Shown here piece by piece: positions 59,382-64,000 of a stretch of DNA of 64,000 nucleotides. The DNA is from Candidatus Cloacimonadales bacterium (GTDB lineage Bacteria; Cloacimonadota; Cloacimonadia; Cloacimonadales; DAONDQ01), in NCBI GenBank assembly GCA_963662275.1, contig OY759316.1:3328001-3392000 (forward strand), written 5' to 3'. Numbering within the stretch: position 1 is the first letter of the stretch; the number at the start of each line of letters is the position of its first letter. The notes under the pieces were generated by a model. The model was not told the origin of the DNA. It saw only the letters and a program-made list of their open reading frames with translations, and searched no databases. Made by a program: the position numbers and the translations under genes.

Positions 59382-61367
59382 TTATTTCGGTGTAACTATC
59401 ATCAGGACATCGCCCTTTCCGACTGAGTCACCTTTCTTTAAAGGAATAGCTTTAATCGTTCCATCACAGGGACTAGCGATGTTATTGTACATCTTCATTG
59501 CTTCCAGTACAAGAACAGTCTCACCATACTTCACAGCATCCCCTTCTTTCTTTTCATAAGAGATGATCATACCTGGCATAGGTGCTGCAATTGTCTGGTC
59601 ATTGCCTGAAACAGCTACTTCAACCTTGGGTTGAACTGGAGCTGCTTCAGTTTTGACAGGTGCAGGCTGCGATGCTGGTTGTTTTGGTTGAGGGGCAGCA
59701 GCAACGGGTCTTGCCACTGTCGGAACACCCTGTTCATTGACTTCAACCTTGAAATATTCACCATCTACAAAGACATCAAAAGTTCTCATATTTTCCGGTT
59801 TTACCGGTGTATCTTTTACGGGCTTATCCATAAGTTTTCCCCCTAGGGCTTTTTCTATTAGTTCTTTCTGTTTTTCAACGAACTCCATAGTAATGGGTTT
59901 CGCATCTTCAGGCACTTCTTCCAAACCATACTTCCATTTGAGGAAGCGTGGACCTGTGACAGGATACAAAGCAACAATCAGTTCATCATCAATATCCTTG
60001 GCAAGACCTTTCACTGATTCCTGGATCGCTTTTAATTCCGGTTCAAGAATGTCTCCTGGTCTGCTGGTGATTGGAGTTTCTCCGCGTGGATAACCCTTCA
60101 ATGCTTTTGCTCTTACTTCTGAATTGATAGGAAGAGTTGTCTCACCATACAAGCCATAGCACAAGTCTTTGACCTGTTCTGTGATTCTTGCATACTCACA
60201 GGGCTTTGTATCGAACAGCACATTATTCACTGTTTGAATACCAACAATCTGGCTAGTGGGAGTTACCAATGGAATCATACCCAGGTCTTTTCTAACCTTC
60301 GGCAAAGTCTCAAACACTTCGTCCAATCTATCTAAAGCATCCATTTGACGCAATTGATTCACAAGATTGGAAAGCATACCACCCGGAGTCTGATGCAGGA
60401 TAACGTTGGTATCTATGATGGAATATTTTGTATTATCAGCAAATTGCAGATATTTAGGAATGACCTTCTCGAGTTCACGATCGATCTTATCCAGCAGCTT
60501 GATATCAATGCCGGTATCACGATTCGTACCGAGTAACGTCACGACCAATGGTTCGATGGCAGCATGGGAAGTACGATATGCATATGGTGCAAGACACGTA
60601 TCAACGATATCCACACCAGCTTCAATCGCTTTCAGGAGAGCGAGATCGCCCATACCCGAAGTGAAATGCGTATGCAGATGAATTGGCACATTCACGGCTT
60701 CTTTTAATGCCCTGATCAGGTTGTAGGCATCGTAAGGGGCTATGATTCCTGCCATATCCTTGATACAGATGGAATCAGCACCCATATCTTCCAGTTTCTT
60801 TGCTCTAGCCACATAATAATCGATGGTATAGATGTCTCCACCCATGCGCATCTCTGTCAGTGAATAGACGATAGAACCCTGGAAATGCTTCTTGTTCTTT
60901 TGGATGATTTTAACGGCAGTTTCAAAGTTACGGAAATCATTCAGTGCATCGAATACTCTGAAAATATCAATGCCATTATCACATGCTCTCTGGACGAATG
61001 TTTCTACAACATCATCCGCATAATTTCTATATCCAACGAGATTTTGACCGCGAAGCAGCATCGAGAACGGTGTGTTTTTGATGTACTTCTTCAAAGTGCG
61101 GATACGTTCCCAAGGATCTTCATTCAAGTAACGGGTCATCGTATCGAAAGTCGCTCCACCCCATACTTCCATGGAATAGAAACCAACCTTGTCCATATCT
61201 TCTGCAACCACGAGCATATCTTCTGTTCTGCCTCGTGTGGCAAAAAGAGACTGATGACCATCACGGAATGTCAGATCTTGAACTTTCACAGGATTTTCAG
61301 CACGTCTGCGATTTGGTGCATACTGCATCTCTGACATCATCAGAACGCCATGATTGTCCAACTTCAT
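59382..61367 (-). CDS. Pyruvate/oxaloacetate carboxyltransferase fused to a biotin carrier (PycB/OadA/transcarboxylase 5S+1.3S-like)
   Basis: RDGHQSL, EVWGGATFD, IKDMAG, HLHTH, PGGMLSNL, LVTPTSQIVG, Pro/Ala linker, EAMKM. Confidence 0.92.
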   Translation of the reverse strand: MKLDNHGVLMMSEMQYAPNRRRAENPVKVQDLTFRDGHQSLFATRGRTEDMLVVAEDMDKVGFYSMEVWGGATFDTMTRYLNEDPWERIRTLKKYIKNTPFSMLLRGQNLVGYRNYADDVVETFVQRACDNGIDIFRVFDALNDFRNFETAVKIIQKNKKHFQGSIVYSLTEMRMGGDIYTIDYYVARAKKLEDMGADSICIKDMAGIIAPYDAYNLIRALKEAVNVPIHLHTHFTSGMGDLALLKAIEAGVDIVDTCLAPYAYRTSHAAIEPLVVTLLGTNRDTGIDIKLLDKIDRELEKVIPKYLQFADNTKYSIIDTNVILHQTPGGMLSNLVNQLRQMDALDRLDEVFETLPKVRKDLGMIPLVTPTSQIVGIQTVNNVLFDTKPCEYARITEQVKDLCYGLYGETTLPINSEVRAKALKGYPRGETPITSRPGDILEPELKAIQESVKGLAKDIDDELIVALYPVTGPRFLKWKYGLEEVPEDAKPITMEFVEKQKELIEKALGGKLMDKPVKDTPVKPENMRTFDVFVDGEYFKVEVNEQGVPTVARPVAAAPQPKQPASQPAPVKTEAAPVQPKVEVAVSGNDQTIAAPMPGMIISYEKKEGDAVKYGETVLVLEAMKMYNNIASPCDGTIKAIPLKKGDSVGKGDVLMIVTPK

Positions 61368-61408
61368 AAATCCTCCATTGATCTATATTTTATCTTTTGA
61401 TTACTCTT

Positions 61409-61586
61409 GTGGAGTAAGATGCCGATCTTACTGTCTAGTTATTCTCTTGTGGAGTAAGATGCCGATCTTACTGTCTAGTTATTCTCTTGTGGAGTAAGAT
61501 GCCGATCTTACTGTCTAGTTATTCTCTTGTGGAGTAAGATGCCGATCTTACTTTTTCTTCTTGTAGAGTAAGACTACGTTCTTACT
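61409..61586 (+). repeat. REP tandem array: four copies at 40-bp period plus one variant
   Basis: GTGGAGTAAGAT-GCCG-ATCTTACT at 61409, 61449, 61489 and 61529; GTAGAGTAAGACTACGTTCTTACT at 61563. Confidence 0.9.
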
Positions 61587-61770
61587 ATCTTTTAATTACT
61601 CTTCTTTGAATCAAACTGCGATCTGTCATCTGTGTCTGCCTTCCATACATTGCCCAATACGTGGGTAGTGTCGGTGGAACTGTCTGAATTACTACAGCGT
61701 TATCATTTTCTGCATGAATCAATGCCATGACAGCAGAGATAGCAGCAATTTCTTTCTTCTTATCCATCAT
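61585..61770 (-). CDS. Small carboxylase-associated subunit (epsilon-like)
   Basis: IAAISAVMALI helix and W..YGR motif; lies between the two carboxyltransferase genes. Confidence 0.65.
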   Translation of the reverse strand: MMDKKKEIAAISAVMALIHAENDNAVVIQTVPPTLPTYWAMYGRQTQMTDRSLIQRRVIKR

Positions 61771-61781
61771 TCCTACCTGTT

Positions 61782-61834
61782 GTGGAGTAAGATGCCGATC
61801 TTACTGTGTCGTAGAGTAGGACGCCGTTCCTGCT
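61782..61834 (+). repeat. Two further REP copies
   Basis: GTGGAGTAAGATGCCGATCTTACT (61782) and GTAGAGTAGGACGCCGTTCCTGCT (61811). Confidence 0.85.
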
Positions 61835-61863
61835 TTTATTCTTCATATTCATTATCTACTTCC

Positions 61864-63417
61864 TTACACCGGGATATTCCCATGTTTTTTTGGAGGAAGG
61901 CTCTCGCTCTTCGTGGAAAGGATTTCCAAAGCATCAATCAGTCGAATACGTGTCTCTGCTGGTCTGATGATGGCGTCCACGTACCCGCGTTGCGCAGCCA
62001 TGTATGGATTGGAGAACAGCTCTTCATATTCGTGAATCTTCTCTGCGCGTTTTGCATTCTTATCTTCTGCTTCATTGATTTCTTTTCTGTAAATAATGTT
62101 GGCAGCACCCTGTGCTCCCATTACTGCAATTTCTGATGAAGGCCAGGCAAAGACCATGTCAGCACCGAGATGTCTAGAACTCATGGCTATATAAGAACCG
62201 CCGTAGTCCTTGCGGGTAACAACTGTCAGTTTCGGCACAGTGGCTTCGGAATAACACCAGAGCAGCTTGGCACCGTGACGTATGATCCCGCCCCATTCCT
62301 GGTGAGTGCCGGGTAAGTAACCTGGAACATCGACCAGAGTTAATAATGGAATATTGAAGGCATCGCAGAAACGGATGAAGCGAGTGGCTTTATCTGATGC
62401 ATCGATATCGAGACAACCGGCTAATACAAGAGGCTGGTCTGCAACAATGCCAATCACTCTGCCATTTAACCTGCCGAAACCAACGATGATATTTTGCGCA
62501 TAATAATAGTGAGGTTCAAAGAAAGTACCGTTATCCACGATGGAATGAATCACATCACGCATATCATAACCCATGCGTGCAGTGTCAGGAATGATTGTAT
62601 CCAGTTCAGGACATATGCGGCTGCGTGAATCAGTTGGTTCAATGCGAGGTGGATCTTCCATGTTGTTGCTGGGCAAATAGGAAAGCAGGATTTTCATCTG
62701 TTCGATGGCATCTTCATCACTTTCACAGGCAAAATGAGCATTTCCGCTTTTACTGTTGTGAGCCATAGCACCACCGAGGTCTTCCTGGGTTGTCTCTTCC
62801 CCTGTGACTGCACGAATGACATCCGGTCCTGTGATGAACATGAAACTGGTATTCTTAACCATAAAGACGAAGTCCGTCATGGCAGGAGAATACACGGCAC
62901 CGCCGGCGCATGGTCCCATAATGGCAGAAAGCTGTGGAATCACACCTGATGACCTGGAATTACGGAAGAAGATATCGCCATAACCTTTGAGGGCATCCAC
63001 ACCTTCCTGGATTCTTGCACCACCGGAATCATTGATACCGATACATGGTACACCGGAACGCAGAGCCATATCCATGACTTTGCAGATCTTAGCTGCATGC
63101 ATTTCACCGAGTGAACCGGCTCTAGCTGTGAAGTCCTGGGCAAAAGCAAAGACGGGACGCCCATTCACCAGACCATGTCCTGTGACAACACCGTCAGATG
63201 GGATCACCACTTTTTCCATACCGAAATTCACACAATGATGCTGAACAAACATATCGATTTCACGGAATGTACCTGCATCAAATAAGAGATCAAGGCGTTC
63301 ACGGGCTGTCAGTTTGCCGGTTTCCTTCTGCTTGGCAACCGCGGCAGCACCACCCATTTCACGAATCTTAGCTTCTTTTTCAGCTAATTTTTTGATTGCT
63401 TCCAATGTCGAAGACAT
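61864..63417 (-). CDS. Acyl-CoA carboxyltransferase beta subunit (methylmalonyl-CoA carboxyltransferase 12S/PccB/MmdA type)
   Basis: GKLTARERL, DSGGARIQEG, GPCAGGAVYSPA, DVPGYLPG, GIIRHGAK, KKHGNIPV. Confidence 0.95.
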   Translation of the reverse strand: MSSTLEAIKKLAEKEAKIREMGGAAAVAKQKETGKLTARERLDLLFDAGTFREIDMFVQHHCVNFGMEKVVIPSDGVVTGHGLVNGRPVFAFAQDFTARAGSLGEMHAAKICKVMDMALRSGVPCIGINDSGGARIQEGVDALKGYGDIFFRNSRSSGVIPQLSAIMGPCAGGAVYSPAMTDFVFMVKNTSFMFITGPDVIRAVTGEETTQEDLGGAMAHNSKSGNAHFACESDEDAIEQMKILLSYLPSNNMEDPPRIEPTDSRSRICPELDTIIPDTARMGYDMRDVIHSIVDNGTFFEPHYYYAQNIIVGFGRLNGRVIGIVADQPLVLAGCLDIDASDKATRFIRFCDAFNIPLLTLVDVPGYLPGTHQEWGGIIRHGAKLLWCYSEATVPKLTVVTRKDYGGSYIAMSSRHLGADMVFAWPSSEIAVMGAQGAANIIYRKEINEAEDKNAKRAEKIHEYEELFSNPYMAAQRGYVDAIIRPAETRIRLIDALEILSTKSESLPPKKHGNIPV

Positions 63418-63555
63418 GGCATCTCCTCATTCTATTTAATTTTGTTTTGCTATTATGATTGTGGGGAAACCAGATTTCATGCTCATTCTTCCCCAGAGTA
63501 ATGAATATCTCACTTTTTATATCTCAATATTTTAAGGCAAGTTTTTTGTGTCTGA

Positions 63556-63832
63556 TTCCCCTCCCATTTGTAAAGGGAGGGGTTAGGGGAGAGCTAGTTC
63601 TGTTTCATTCCTCTCTTTGGATATAGAAAATTGAAAGGTTACTGAGCGTAGTCGAAGTATTAGTGTCGGAGAGTTTGAGAGAATGTAATTGTAATAGTAC
63701 TTATACATTCGGATATCTTCTATTTTACGAAATAATGCTCATGATATTAGATCATAAATTACATATTGTAGAAGAGCAGAGAATCAAACTCTCCCTTATT
63801 CCCTCCCTTTATCCAAAGGGAGGGAGATCAGA
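63556..63832. repeat. Mosaic of palindromic repeat fragments
   Basis: CCCCTCCC..GGGAGGGG, CATTCCTCTCTTTGGATA (also at about 36554), ACTGAGCGTAGTCGAAGT, and a copy of the 36487 repeat at 63782-63832. Confidence 0.7.
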
Positions 63833-64000
63833 AGGACAGCATCAGATTCCTGAAGTAAACTTTACCATTCCTAAAGAAATAACTACCATCGGCAATTCAT
63901 CTTACAAAGTCTTGTTAAATCTCATGATTCAGCATACTCGCCTCCGGTATATTAAATAGCATTCCGCTTTTCATCGCTTCCACAATACTTCTTATCGGAT

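Noticed and set aside
59382..61367. oadA of a Na+-pumping decarboxylase, or pycB of pyruvate carboxylase
   Set aside because: No membrane beta/gamma subunit or biotin carboxylase is adjacent; no symbol assigned because partners could lie elsewhere
61409..61552. Second CRISPR-like array
   Set aside because: The 16-bp linkers are identical; it is a plain tandem of the REP unit
63663..63959. 98-aa plus-strand ORF
   Set aside because: Crosses palindromic repeat fragments; no recognisable domain
63915..64000. Possible 3' end of a minus-strand gene entering from the right edge (..PIRSIVEAMKSGMLFNIPEASMLNHEI*)
   Set aside because: Too short to support a call without flanking sequence
1..64000. 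tRNA, rRNA, integrase, transposase or prophage genes
   Set aside because: None recognised by eye; short ncRNAs could have been missed without a covariance-model search

Overview
A low-GC bacterial chromosomal segment, most likely Candidatus Cloacimonadota (FCB group). This is an inference from the SprA gene, the many secreted proteins ending in a FlgD-Ig/T9SS-like 'PNPFNP..IYNIKGQ.V..WDG.D..SG.YF..K.LLLK' tail, and the transcarboxylase and pyrophosphatase genes. Core content: RNB exoribonuclease-ltaE-DMT, coaX-sprA, an SGNH/SGNH-LysM/MBOAT O-acetylation operon, recG, rplM-rpsI-rpsB-tsf-pyrH-frr, CBS-pyrophosphatase, membrane pyrophosphatase, a cation antiporter-EIIA fusion and a putative methylmalonyl-CoA:pyruvate transcarboxylase operon. 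Accessory content (about 21-41 kb): an 8.5-kb phosphate module (arsC-phoU-pstBACS-porin, and divergent phoB-phoR-sigma) bracketed by a 53-bp direct repeat of the MBOAT gene 3' end, with no integrase. It is followed by a tandem-cyclase STAND-TPR protein, a type II restriction-modification pair and several secreted CTD proteins, one split at a G13 tract and others decayed. Intergenic DNA carries several REP-like palindrome families, two of them as CRISPR-mimicking tandem arrays. I found no rRNA, tRNA, true CRISPR, integrase or transposase. All calls are from motif reading by eye; no searches were run.
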